A stretch of DNA of 62,132 nt, from the NCBI GenBank assembly GCA_937900965.1, contig CALCGJ010000159.1:1-62132 (forward strand). The letters run 5' to 3'. The notes beneath the pieces were generated by a model, which searched no databases, was not told the DNA's origin, and worked only from the letters and a program-made list of their open reading frames with translations. The stretch comes from an uncultured Bacteroidota bacterium. GTDB taxonomy: Bacteria > Bacteroidota > Bacteroidia > Bacteroidales > FEN-979. Of the stretch, positions 9,891 to 18,420 are shown piece after piece. The stretch's first letter is position 1. Every line of letters starts with the position of its first letter. Made by a program: the position numbers and the translations under genes.

Positions 9891-10571
9891 TTACGTTTCG
9901 TCAAGCAGTCCGGGACGACGTTTTCGGGTGCGTTCCATGGATTGTTCATGCTTCCAGAGGGCGATCTCTTTGTCATTGCCTGAAAGGAGGATGTCCGGTA
10001 CAGTCATTCCACGGAAGTCATATGGACGGGTGTAGACCGGAGGAGAGAGTAAATTGTCCTGGAAGGAGTCGGAGAGGGCTGAAGTTTCGTCTCCAAGCAC
10101 ACCTGGGATAAGCCTTACTATTGTATCTACGAGAACCGCTGCAGCCAATTCACCCCCGGAAAGTACATAATCCCCTATAGAGATCTCACGGGTGACCACA
10201 AGTTGCCGGATCCGCTCATCTATACCTTTGTAATGACCGCACAGGATGATCAGGTTTTTTTTGACCGAGAGCAGGTTGGCTACATTTTGTTTAAATAACT
10301 CTCCGTCGGGGCTCAGGTATATGATATCATCATAGGTTCTCTTACTGGTAAGTGATTCGATGCAGTTTACAATAGGGTCAGCCATCATCACCATACCTGC
10401 ACCACCTCCATACGGGTAGTCATCTACATTTTTATGCTTATTGGTGGAATATTCTCGGAAATTGTGCAACCGGATAGTGACCAGCTCTTTTTCCTGTGCT
10501 CTTTTGATGATTGATTCCCGGAAAGGGCCGTCCAACATCTCAGGGAATATGGTGAGAATATCAATGTGCAT
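9891..10571 (-). CDS. trmD: tRNA (guanine37-N1)-methyltransferase TrmD
   Basis: 226 aa with [17 protein letters not shown]...[13 protein letters not shown]...[10 protein letters not shown]...[13 protein letters not shown]. Confidence 0.95.
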   Translation of the reverse strand: MHIDILTIFPEMLDGPFRESIIKRAQEKELVTIRLHNFREYSTNKHKNVDDYPYGGGAGMVMMADPIVNCIESLTSKRTYDDIIYLSPDGELFKQNVANLLSVKKNLIILCGHYKGIDERIRQLVVTREISIGDYVLSGGELAAAVLVDTIVRLIPGVLGDETSALSDSFQDNLLSPPVYTRPYDFRGMTVPDILLSGNDKEIALWKHEQSMERTRKRRPGLLDET

Positions 10572-11421
10572 GGTCTGTTGGATTAAAATCCAGAAAAATC
10601 AAGGTTGTGATTTCCGTCAGACAGTTAATATGTTCTTCTGTTTCAAATGTGATTGATGCATGGAGAGGTGAATTCGAGTTGTTGCGGATGAAACACCGGC
10701 CGGGATACTTCCCCTCATCGTCGACTATTAACACTGGGTAAGTCCCATTTGGTGGCAACAATTTTGACTCGTCCTCAAGTGTGATTGAATAATGGGGATA
10801 AGGTGAATCTGCTGAAGGAGGCTTCAGGCTGGTACATTTTCCCGTGATGATGTAGTTGTGGTCAAGATACCTGTTGGCACGCTGAATATCACCCTCCAGA
10901 AGGGCCTTCCTTATGGTAACAGAGCTGACAGATTCCTGCTGGATCTCCTGTTCGGAAATCTCCTCCACCTCAAAGCCGAGTTGCTTGCCAAGTTGCCTCA
11001 TCAATTCTGTGTCACCTTCACGGTTGTGTCCGAAATGGTGATTATATCCGGTGACAATTTTACGTGCACGAAGTCTCTTCAGTAGTATATCTCTGACAAA
11101 GGAGAGAGATGAAATCTCTGAAAACTTTTTCGTGAAGTTCACAATGATAAGATGATCCAAACCTGCCCGTGATAAAAGTTCGATTTTCTCACGAGGGGAT
11201 GTGATCAAACGAAGATCTTTGCCATAGGTGTCGGGATAGAGTACTTTCCGGGGATGCGGGTGGAAGGTGATCAGAACAGTTTCCCCCCCGATCTCAAATG
11301 ATAGTTTCTTCAATCTCTCCAGGATTGCCTTATGGCCGGAATGAACACCGTCAAAAGAACCAGTCGTAACGACTGCATTCCGAATATCTTCAAGATGTTG
11401 GAAGTCGTGATAAATCTTCAA
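10561..11421 (-). CDS. ribF: FAD synthetase (RibF-type) with a degenerate C-terminal riboflavin-kinase domain
   Basis: 286 aa. The N-terminal FMN adenylyltransferase motifs are intact ([35 protein letters not shown]). The C-terminal ~110 aa lack the canonical G-x-x-LGFPTAN kinase motif. The gene overlaps the trmD start by 11 nt. Confidence 0.8.
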   Translation of the reverse strand: MKIYHDFQHLEDIRNAVVTTGSFDGVHSGHKAILERLKKLSFEIGGETVLITFHPHPRKVLYPDTYGKDLRLITSPREKIELLSRAGLDHLIIVNFTKKFSEISSLSFVRDILLKRLRARKIVTGYNHHFGHNREGDTELMRQLGKQLGFEVEEISEQEIQQESVSSVTIRKALLEGDIQRANRYLDHNYIITGKCTSLKPPSADSPYPHYSITLEDESKLLPPNGTYPVLIVDDEGKYPGRCFIRNNSNSPLHASITFETEEHINCLTEITTLIFLDFNPTDHAH

Positions 11422-11432
11422 TCTTTTCCCTC

Positions 11433-12074
11433 TTACTTAAACCGTTCGTCGTTTTTCTTAGCGAAGAAAGCAACCTTTTCCAGTGATGTGATCATGTCAT
11501 ACTCTTCCAGGTAAACGTAGGGGGGGACATTCAGTGGTTTGGGTGAATAGTTCAGAATTCCTTTCACACCGGCTTCAACAAGAGCCTCTGCAATATCAGG
11601 GGCCTGATCAGCGGGGACCGTAATGATCCCAATCGAGATATTATGTTTTTTGACAACCTCCACCAAACTATTTATGTGGTATACAGTGACCCCATCGAAG
11701 CCCCGGTTGATCTTTTCCGGATTTACATCGAAAGCTGCGATGATAGTGAGTTTATTTCGTTTCCCTTTGAAGTAGCTGATAAAAGCCTTCCCCAGGTTTC
11801 CCAGCCCGATTACAGCTACCCGTTGCCCTTTTTCAGTATCCACAATTCGGCCAATCAGTTCGATCAGCTCTTTTATGTCATATCCTTTTCGAAGGTTTCC
11901 TGAATAGCCGATTAGCATAAGGTCGCGGCGAACCTGTACTGGCGTTATGTGAAGCATCAAGGCAATCTCATGTGAAAAAACATGTGTTTTTTCCTTCGAT
12001 AAAGTCAACAGGAGTGCCCTTCTGTATTGACTCAGACGCTCGACCGTTTTGTGTGGAAGGTTTTTTAAATACAT
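11433..12074 (-). CDS. rex: Redox-sensing transcriptional repressor Rex
   Basis: 213 aa with an N-terminal winged helix (TVERLSQYRRALL) and a Rossmann fold (VAVIGLGNLGKAF). Confidence 0.9.
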   Translation of the reverse strand: MYLKNLPHKTVERLSQYRRALLLTLSKEKTHVFSHEIALMLHITPVQVRRDLMLIGYSGNLRKGYDIKELIELIGRIVDTEKGQRVAVIGLGNLGKAFISYFKGKRNKLTIIAAFDVNPEKINRGFDGVTVYHINSLVEVVKKHNISIGIITVPADQAPDIAEALVEAGVKGILNYSPKPLNVPPYVYLEEYDMITSLEKVAFFAKKNDERFK

Positions 12075-12133
12075 GTGGATATGGTTAGATTTGTATATAA
12101 AAGTAGATAAAATAATTACATCTCAATCATAAA

Positions 12134-12151
12134 TTGTTGAAAAATTAACAA
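12134..12151. promoter_or_regulatory. Candidate Rex operator TTGTTGAAAAATTAACAA
   Basis: 18-bp near-palindrome with one mismatch to the clostridial-type Rex box TTGTTAA-N4-TTAACAA. It lies in the divergent rex/nhaD spacer, ~60 bp upstream of the rex ATG. Confidence 0.55.
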
Positions 12152-12195
12152 TTGTTGTGAATTCTTTAACCTGAATGAGATTCGCCGGATTTGTT

Positions 12196-12203
12196 TAGCT
12201 TTG
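12196..12203 (+). promoter_or_regulatory. -7 promoter box TAGCTTTG upstream of nhaD
   Basis: TAnnTTTG match 37 nt upstream of the ATG at 12240. Confidence 0.5.
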
Positions 12204-12239
12204 CCTCCTTATTTTATATTTTGAATTAATTCAGGACGC

Positions 12240-13586
12240 ATGTTTTACATAATGATTGTGGTCTTCATCCTTGGCTATGCTGCAATTGCGCTGGAGCATC
12301 CGCTAAAGGTCAATAAATCGGCTACCGCCCTTATACTCGCTGTACTGATGTGGGTGATTTTCATGTTTGGGGGTGAACAAATACTGGTCAATACCGAAAG
12401 CTTTCACAAATACCTGGAAGAGTTTTCCAATGGTGATTTTTCGGTATGGGTCTCTCATCATGAACTTCTGAACCACCTCGGCGAAATCTCGGAGATTCTC
12501 TTTTTCCTCCTGGGAGCGATGACTATCGTCGAGTTGATAGACTCCCACGAGGGTTTTAGTATCATTACCGATAAGATCAAAACAACCAATAGGATCAAAT
12601 TATTATGGATTCTAGGCATACTTACCTTTTTCATGTCAGCCGCGCTTGATAACCTGACCACCTCCATTGTGATGGTTGCCCTGCTGAGGAAATTGATCGC
12701 AGATAAAAAGGACCGGTGGTTTTTTGCCGGAATGGTGATTGTTGCTGCAAACAGCGGTGGAGCCTGGAGCCCAATCGGAGATGTGACCACTATTATGCTC
12801 TGGATCGGAGGCCATGTTACCACGTTAAATATCATCGTAAAGACTTTTGTGCCAAGTTTGATCTCCATGATAGTTCCGCTCACCATTCTCTCTTTCCTGA
12901 TGAAAGGAGATGTCCGCAGACCGGCACAGTCGGAAAGGGAAAATTCATTGAATCCGACCTCTTCCTTCGAACGAAACTTTGTTTTCATCATGGGAGTGGG
13001 TTCTCTTCTGATGGTCCCGGTCTTTAAGACAGTGACTCACCTGCCTCCATACCTGGGCATGTTATGGGGTCTGGGCCTTCTATGGGTCACTACGGAAATC
13101 TTGCATAAATCGAAAAATGAAGAACACAAGCCGATGGTTACCGTGGTTGGAATTCTTCGGAAGGTAGACACTCCAAGTGTCTTGTTCTTTCTCGGTATAC
13201 TGCTTGCAGTAGCGGCGTTGCAGAGTGCAGGTCATCTGCGGATGCTGGCAACGGCACTGGATCAGCACGTGGGAAACCTCTACCTGATTAACGTGGTTAT
13301 CGGGATACTCTCTTCAATTGTTGACAATGTTCCTCTTGTAGCAGGTGCGATGGGTATGTATGAATCGGTATTTGAAGTCGACCACTACTTCTGGGAAATG
13401 CTGGCTTACTGCGCCGGAACCGGGGGAAGCATCCTGATCATTGGCTCCGCTGCCGGAGTTGCTGTTATGGGCATGGAGAAGATCGACTTCATCTGGTACA
13501 TTAAGAAAATCTCTTTGTGGGCGCTCGTAGGCTATTTTGCCGGAGCTGCCACCTATTGGGCGATGAATGTCTTTTTATTCGAGTAA
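12240..13586 (+). CDS. nhaD: NhaD-family Na+/H+ antiporter (ArsB/NhaD permease superfamily)
   Basis: 448 aa polytopic membrane protein (~11-12 TM). The pattern AALDNLTTSIVMV...ANSGGAWSPIGDVTT...VDNVPLVA is typical of NhaD/CitMHS-type carriers. Confidence 0.75.
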   Translation: MFYIMIVVFILGYAAIALEHPLKVNKSATALILAVLMWVIFMFGGEQILVNTESFHKYLEEFSNGDFSVWVSHHELLNHLGEISEILFFLLGAMTIVELIDSHEGFSIITDKIKTTNRIKLLWILGILTFFMSAALDNLTTSIVMVALLRKLIADKKDRWFFAGMVIVAANSGGAWSPIGDVTTIMLWIGGHVTTLNIIVKTFVPSLISMIVPLTILSFLMKGDVRRPAQSERENSLNPTSSFERNFVFIMGVGSLLMVPVFKTVTHLPPYLGMLWGLGLLWVTTEILHKSKNEEHKPMVTVVGILRKVDTPSVLFFLGILLAVAALQSAGHLRMLATALDQHVGNLYLINVVIGILSSIVDNVPLVAGAMGMYESVFEVDHYFWEMLAYCAGTGGSILIIGSAAGVAVMGMEKIDFIWYIKKISLWALVGYFAGAATYWAMNVFLFE

Positions 13587-13594
13587 AAGGGGGC

Positions 13595-14293
13595 TTATTT
13601 CCCGATGATAAGGCGAAATCCGTTGCCATGAATATTGACAATCTCCACTTCAGGATCACGTTTAAGGTATTTCCGCAGGCGGGCCAGGAAGACATCCATA
13701 CTCCTGCCATTGAAGTAATTATCATCACCCCATATCTTTTCAAGTGCCTCTTTCCTTAATAGGATTCCCTCTCTTGACTCGCATAGCATTCGGAGCAACT
13801 TTGCCTCTTTTGGAGAAAGTGACTGCACATTGTTGTCAAGGGTTAGGTTGCGGAGTGTGAAGTTAAAGGTAAATTTTCCTACCCGGAAGTCAAGCAGTTT
13901 ACTTTCATCTTCCGGGGCCGGAGCATGACGTTTCAGAATGGCTTTCAACTTGTAAAGAAGGACTTCTGAGTCAAAAGGCTTTGTAACGTAATCGTCGGCT
14001 CCAGCCTTAAACCCCTCCACCATATCAGATTTCAGTGATTTAGCCGTAAGGAAGATAAACGGAAGGTCAGGATGCAGGTTCTTTATCTCCCTGGCCAGGG
14101 TAAATCCATCCATTTCCGGCATCATTACATCAAGGATACAGATATCAAAGGAGTCTTCATGCACCGCCTTGAGTCCCTGTTTCCCATCGGTTCTTAAAAT
14201 TACGGCATATTCGTTCAATTCAAGGTATGATTTCATGATCGAACCGAAATTTGGGTCATCTTCAACTAGCAATATGTTTATCTTGATACTCAT
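13595..14293 (-). CDS. OmpR/PhoB-family response regulator
   Basis: 232 aa with receiver motifs (LLVEDD, ICILDVMMPEMDG, LTAKS) and a winged-helix output domain (LSPKEAKLLRML...HGNGFRLI). Confidence 0.9.
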   Translation of the reverse strand: MSIKINILLVEDDPNFGSIMKSYLELNEYAVILRTDGKQGLKAVHEDSFDICILDVMMPEMDGFTLAREIKNLHPDLPFIFLTAKSLKSDMVEGFKAGADDYVTKPFDSEVLLYKLKAILKRHAPAPEDESKLLDFRVGKFTFNFTLRNLTLDNNVQSLSPKEAKLLRMLCESREGILLRKEALEKIWGDDNYFNGRSMDVFLARLRKYLKRDPEVEIVNIHGNGFRLIIGK

Positions 14294-14328
14294 ATTTGGG
14301 TCATTATTTATTGATCATTATTTGTTGG

Positions 14329-14443
14329 TCATGGAGTCATGGAGTCATGGAGTCATGTGGTCAAACCTTACATCTTATATCTTACATCTCACGTCCTTCG
14401 TCCTTCGTCCTTCGTCCTTCGTCCTTCGTCCTTCGTCCTTCGT
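14329..14443. repeat. (TCATGGAG)x4 at 14329-14360, followed by an in-phase heptamer tract of 11 units at 14367-14443 (4 degenerate units, then 7 perfect CCTTCGT)
   Basis: Read directly. The tract lies between the histidine-kinase catalytic core and the response-regulator start. The kinase stop codon (14382-14384) falls inside it. Confidence 0.95.
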
Positions 14444-16376
14444 CTTTCCCAGCAACGGGTAGCGAGATTACAAACCGACTACCTTTCCCCGGTTCGCTGG
14501 TGAGATTTATTTCCCCGTGATGGGCGAGTACAATTGCTTTGACATAGCTCAACCCAAGGCCAAATCCTTTCACATTATGCACGTTTCCTGTTGTTACCCT
14601 GAAAAATTTATCAAACACTCTTTTTTGAACATCCTGGCTCATTCCCATCCCTTTATCTTCAACCTCGAAAAAGAAATATCCGGTTCTGTTTCCTGTGGTA
14701 ACAATGATTTCCGGATTGGTAACGGAATATTTATTGGCGTTATCCATCAGGTTCATAAACACATTGCGCATATGTTCTTCATCTGCCAGAACCAGGTTGT
14801 TCGAGGCATCGAACCTGGTTTTAATGCTGCCCTCTCGTTTTTCCACGATTAGTTTGAAATGATCAACCGTATGACTGATCAACTCCTGCAGGTTCAATGG
14901 CTCAAGATGGAGTCTGAAATCGCGGCTGTCAAGCAGCGACATCTGAAGAACCTGTTCAACACGGGTATTCATCCGGCTGTTCTCTTCTTTGATAATCCTG
15001 GTGTACGATTTGATCTGATCAGGGAAATCAATTACTTTCGGATTGTTTATCGAATCAGCAGCAATTGAAATGGTGGCTATAGGAGTTTTGAACTCATGCG
15101 TCATATTATTAATGAAGTCGGTTTTGATGTCGGAGATCTTCTTTTGCCTGACAATTACAAAGATGCTTAAACCTGTCGAGAGAATGATGATCATGGTGAA
15201 GAGGATAGATCCAAACATCAACACAGATAATGATTTCATTATGTGTCTTTTCTGACCCGGGAAGTATATCAGGAGTTGATCAGGTTTTTCGATCACATCA
15301 TTGGGGAAGAGTGATACAAGATGGTCCATTGCCTTATGCTGCTCAAGGAAGCCTGCTGACCGTATCGGAATAGGACTGCTGTCGTTAAGGGGGGAAAAGA
15401 CGGCAAATTCAAAAGGGATGGTGATATCTTTATCGGAGAGTGAGGATCTCAACGTGGTTTCCAGAAGATCTTTATCTATCCTGGATTCAACTGTCTTTGG
15501 TATCTCCTCAAATTCTACTGCCATTCGCTGGATGAGATCCTGTAATTGTGAAGCCCGCTTATCCAATTTTCTGATCTTAGCTTGAAGCATAACAGATGCT
15601 TTGGAAGAATTGGGGGGAGGAGGAGAAGGGTGAGTAACAACAACAGGTCTTGGTGGGGGACTGCTAATAAAAAAACTGTTTGTCATACCTCTGTCTCTAC
15701 CTTTTGTCAGCGCTCTGGATCCGTCCGGATTCATATAGTATGTGTTCTCATGTCTCTGGCTGTAAACCTGATTAGGAGGCATGTCCTCAGTATAAAACTC
15801 CTGAAGATATTGCTCCTGAATAACCCATACCGAATCGAGTTTCTCCAATTGATGTGCCTCCCATTCAAACTGGATATTCACCCATTCGTTCTCCATGACG
15901 ATATTGGTTTCAAGCACATCCATCAAGGACTCAACATCACCCTTGTGTTGTTTATATGCCTGTTGTTCAGCCAGATATAATTCATATTTTTTCAGCGATT
16001 CCGCTGCAGTACGTAGTTTTATGTTCGGATCGGATCGAACCACTCTTTTATTTGTCCAACGGTTAGAGTAGCCATTCAAGGCTTCCTCAATCAGCTTGGA
16101 ATCAATTTGATTTTGCGCAAGGTAGAGGCTGTCACCGGCGAGGTTTTGGATAAGGTTCAAGATGCTGTCAGAAATAAGACGGGAGCTAAGCAGTGACATG
16201 TTTTCATTGGTTTCCAGTCTGGTTACTGCATTCCCGAGAGCATCATTCACACGTTGACTGAATTGAGATTCCCTGATCTCCATAGCATTTCGGATCCAGA
16301 GGTATTGAACCACGATAATGCCTGCTAAGGATATGCATATGAATAGAATGATAAGGGAGAGCCATTTTTTATTCAT
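14382..16376 (-). CDS. Sensor histidine kinase (two TM helices, large periplasmic domain)
   Basis: 664 aa with an H-box NMTHEFKTPIATI and HATPase boxes MDNANKY, EDKGMGM and GFGLGLSY. The last ~22 codons (KDEGRRT repeated) are simply the translated heptamer array. The functional protein probably ends near ...RFVISLPV. Confidence 0.85.
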   Translation of the reverse strand: MNKKWLSLIILFICISLAGIIVVQYLWIRNAMEIRESQFSQRVNDALGNAVTRLETNENMSLLSSRLISDSILNLIQNLAGDSLYLAQNQIDSKLIEEALNGYSNRWTNKRVVRSDPNIKLRTAAESLKKYELYLAEQQAYKQHKGDVESLMDVLETNIVMENEWVNIQFEWEAHQLEKLDSVWVIQEQYLQEFYTEDMPPNQVYSQRHENTYYMNPDGSRALTKGRDRGMTNSFFISSPPPRPVVVTHPSPPPPNSSKASVMLQAKIRKLDKRASQLQDLIQRMAVEFEEIPKTVESRIDKDLLETTLRSSLSDKDITIPFEFAVFSPLNDSSPIPIRSAGFLEQHKAMDHLVSLFPNDVIEKPDQLLIYFPGQKRHIMKSLSVLMFGSILFTMIIILSTGLSIFVIVRQKKISDIKTDFINNMTHEFKTPIATISIAADSINNPKVIDFPDQIKSYTRIIKEENSRMNTRVEQVLQMSLLDSRDFRLHLEPLNLQELISHTVDHFKLIVEKREGSIKTRFDASNNLVLADEEHMRNVFMNLMDNANKYSVTNPEIIVTTGNRTGYFFFEVEDKGMGMSQDVQKRVFDKFFRVTTGNVHNVKGFGLGLSYVKAIVLAHHGEINLTSEPGKGSRFVISLPVAGKDEGRRTKDEGRRTKDEGREM

Positions 16377-16416
16377 GCACCAAAATTAGTAAATCAAATG
16401 TGTCACAACTAGCTAA

Positions 16417-16463
16417 TTAACGTTTCATTAACCAACTTTAACGACTCCTTAACAGTTTAAAAC
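16417..16463. promoter_or_regulatory. Helically phased TTAAC direct repeats (candidate response-regulator binding sites)
   Basis: TTAAC occurs at 16417, 16428, 16438 and 16449, with TTAAAAC at 16457. The 10-11 bp spacing falls in the divergent spacer between the kinase operon and the 16539 ORF. Confidence 0.3.
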
Positions 16464-16538
16464 CAATATCCGGAATAGTTTTGTACGATTACGCAAATGA
16501 TAATTCAATAGGTTTGTAATTCCTTAATACCGAAAATC

Positions 16539-17180
16539 ATGAAAAAATCACTAGTAAAATTAGTCATGCTGACCATTGCAGTTGTTGGTATGACTGTGTT
16601 ATTCTCAGAGACCCTCTTCGCACAGGATACTGTGATCGAAAAACCTCACAAAGTTATGAAGATCAAAGTGGACGTGGATGAAGATGGGAATTCATTCTTT
16701 GTAGACACTTCATTTGTTATAGATGAGAATTTCAGCATGAAGGAGTTCGAAGAAGCTATGGCTCAATATAAGGTTCAGATGAAAGATGTTGGAAAATATT
16801 TGAAGGAATTGGAGATTGAGCTTGATGGAGAGGAGCTGGAATACCTTTACGAACCTCGGAACGTGCATTTTTTTGGCAGACCTGATGGATGTTCCGAAAC
16901 AGTTCGTGTGAACGCCAGGAAGAGAGGGGAGAGCCTCTCTGATGTACTTGGAAACATTCCTATGAGTGCAGTAACGAGTTACAAGATCAAAGAGACAAAA
17001 AACGGGAAGCGGATTACCATTGAGGTCTCTGATAATGCCTTCTTTGGGAACGACGAAGAGGAAATTATGATCTGGCACAGCGATACCCCTCCACCACCAC
17101 CACCTCCTCCTCGTGAACCACAATTAAGAAAAACAATATTCATTGAAAAGGAAGTTGAAAAGAAAGAAGACCAGGAGTAA
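16539..17180 (+). CDS. Secreted hypothetical protein with a C-terminal poly-proline tract
   Basis: 213 aa with a signal peptide (LVMLTIAVVGMTVLFSETLFAQ), an acidic body and a PPPPPPPPP run near the C-terminus. A strong terminator follows. Confidence 0.5.
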   Translation: MKKSLVKLVMLTIAVVGMTVLFSETLFAQDTVIEKPHKVMKIKVDVDEDGNSFFVDTSFVIDENFSMKEFEEAMAQYKVQMKDVGKYLKELEIELDGEELEYLYEPRNVHFFGRPDGCSETVRVNARKRGESLSDVLGNIPMSAVTSYKIKETKNGKRITIEVSDNAFFGNDEEEIMIWHSDTPPPPPPPPREPQLRKTIFIEKEVEKKEDQE

Positions 17181-17201
17181 TTAATACGTTCCTCATTACA
17201 G

Positions 17202-17244
17202 AAAACCTCAACGGTTAAATAGCGTCGTTGAGGTTTTTCTTTTC
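17202..17244. terminator. Rho-independent terminator between convergent genes
   Basis: A perfect 10-bp stem pairs AACCTCAACG (17204-17213) with CGTTGAGGTT (17226-17235), followed by TTTCTTTT. Confidence 0.8.
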
Positions 17245-17251
17245 GCGGCGT

Positions 17252-18382
17252 TTAAGCAAGTGAATGAAGAACACCTTCTATTTTAATGCACTCGTCGGTG
17301 TGAGAGAAAGCTGAAACAGCATACAGTTGTGCCTGGATTGCCACCTGTTTCAATTTTGGAGGGTCACCAAGTGCACGATAAATAGTTGCAGCCATGTCAA
17401 CAGGATCTTTTGGTTGGTACAGCCATCCGTAACTTCCATTCCCAAGAAGTTCAGCAGTCCCTCCAGCATTTGATCCCACTACAGGAGTCCCGCACAGCAT
17501 TGCTTCGATGGTAACCATTCCATAGGTCTCTTCATATGATCCCAGTACAAAGAGGTCGATGGCGGCAAAGAAACTGGCAACATCCTTTTGATACCCCCGG
17601 AAAAAAATGAGAGACTCCAATCCAAGAGTTGACACCAGATCCTGCAGCTTCTTTCTATAGTCCTCGCCTTCATGAAGCGTTGTTTCTCCCATGATCAGGA
17701 GTGAATATTTCTCTCCTTTTCGATTCAGTTTATGGAGCGCTTCTATTAACAGATGTTGCCCTTTCTGAGGATCAAGTCGCCCCAGAATACCGATTATTGT
17801 CCCGTCGGAAGGAAGGTTGAGCTCCTCTCTTGCCTGTTCTTTCGAAGGAAGCCGTGAACGAAGTATCTCCACATCCAAACCAAGAGGGATAAGATGGATC
17901 CGCTCTTTTGGGAACCGGGTTTTGGACAGGATCTCCTCCTTCATATAAGGAAGTAATGTGATCCAGGCATCCAGCTGCCGGAACCGGAGAGTGTGAACAG
18001 GGTCTTTTTTTGTGATCCCGAGACGCATATGTTGCTGGTATATTAACCGGATCCGGTTACCACTGACAAGCTTGACAAGCCCTCCAAAATCAAGGTCGCG
18101 GTTATCCACCAGAATCAGAAACCTGATATGTAGCCGGCCAAGCTCCTTTGACACGGCATAAGCACCAACCAGATCGAAGTATCGCATATTCCGTTTCGTA
18201 ACCCGGTAAGGGATACGGTCAGTTTTAGCTTGTAGTACAAGCGGGGATTCCCAAAGGCCGAAAAGAGTAATTGAATGACCGCGTTCATGCAGCCAGAGAG
18301 CGAGTCGGGCAGTATTCATCTCCAGCCCGCCCCAGCTTTCTGAGGAACAAAAAATAGCAATGGGAGGCAATTTCATCCGCAA
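17252..18382 (-). CDS. Glycosyltransferase family 4 (GT-B fold)
   Basis: 376 aa with C-terminal E-x7-E type motifs (GSYEETYGMVTIEAMLCGTPVVGSNAGGTAELL). Confidence 0.85.
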   Translation of the reverse strand: MRMKLPPIAIFCSSESWGGLEMNTARLALWLHERGHSITLFGLWESPLVLQAKTDRIPYRVTKRNMRYFDLVGAYAVSKELGRLHIRFLILVDNRDLDFGGLVKLVSGNRIRLIYQQHMRLGITKKDPVHTLRFRQLDAWITLLPYMKEEILSKTRFPKERIHLIPLGLDVEILRSRLPSKEQAREELNLPSDGTIIGILGRLDPQKGQHLLIEALHKLNRKGEKYSLLIMGETTLHEGEDYRKKLQDLVSTLGLESLIFFRGYQKDVASFFAAIDLFVLGSYEETYGMVTIEAMLCGTPVVGSNAGGTAELLGNGSYGWLYQPKDPVDMAATIYRALGDPPKLKQVAIQAQLYAVSAFSHTDECIKIEGVLHSLA

Positions 18383-18420
18383 CCAATGTGAACAGTGGTT
18401 GTAAAGGTACGAAACTTCCC

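Noticed and set aside
17090-17116. Poly-proline-encoding CCN run in the 16539-17180 ORF, considered as another member of the repeat family.
   Set aside because: It is a simple codon-level homopolymer (P9) inside a plausible secreted protein, without the 7-9 bp unit structure of the intergenic arrays.
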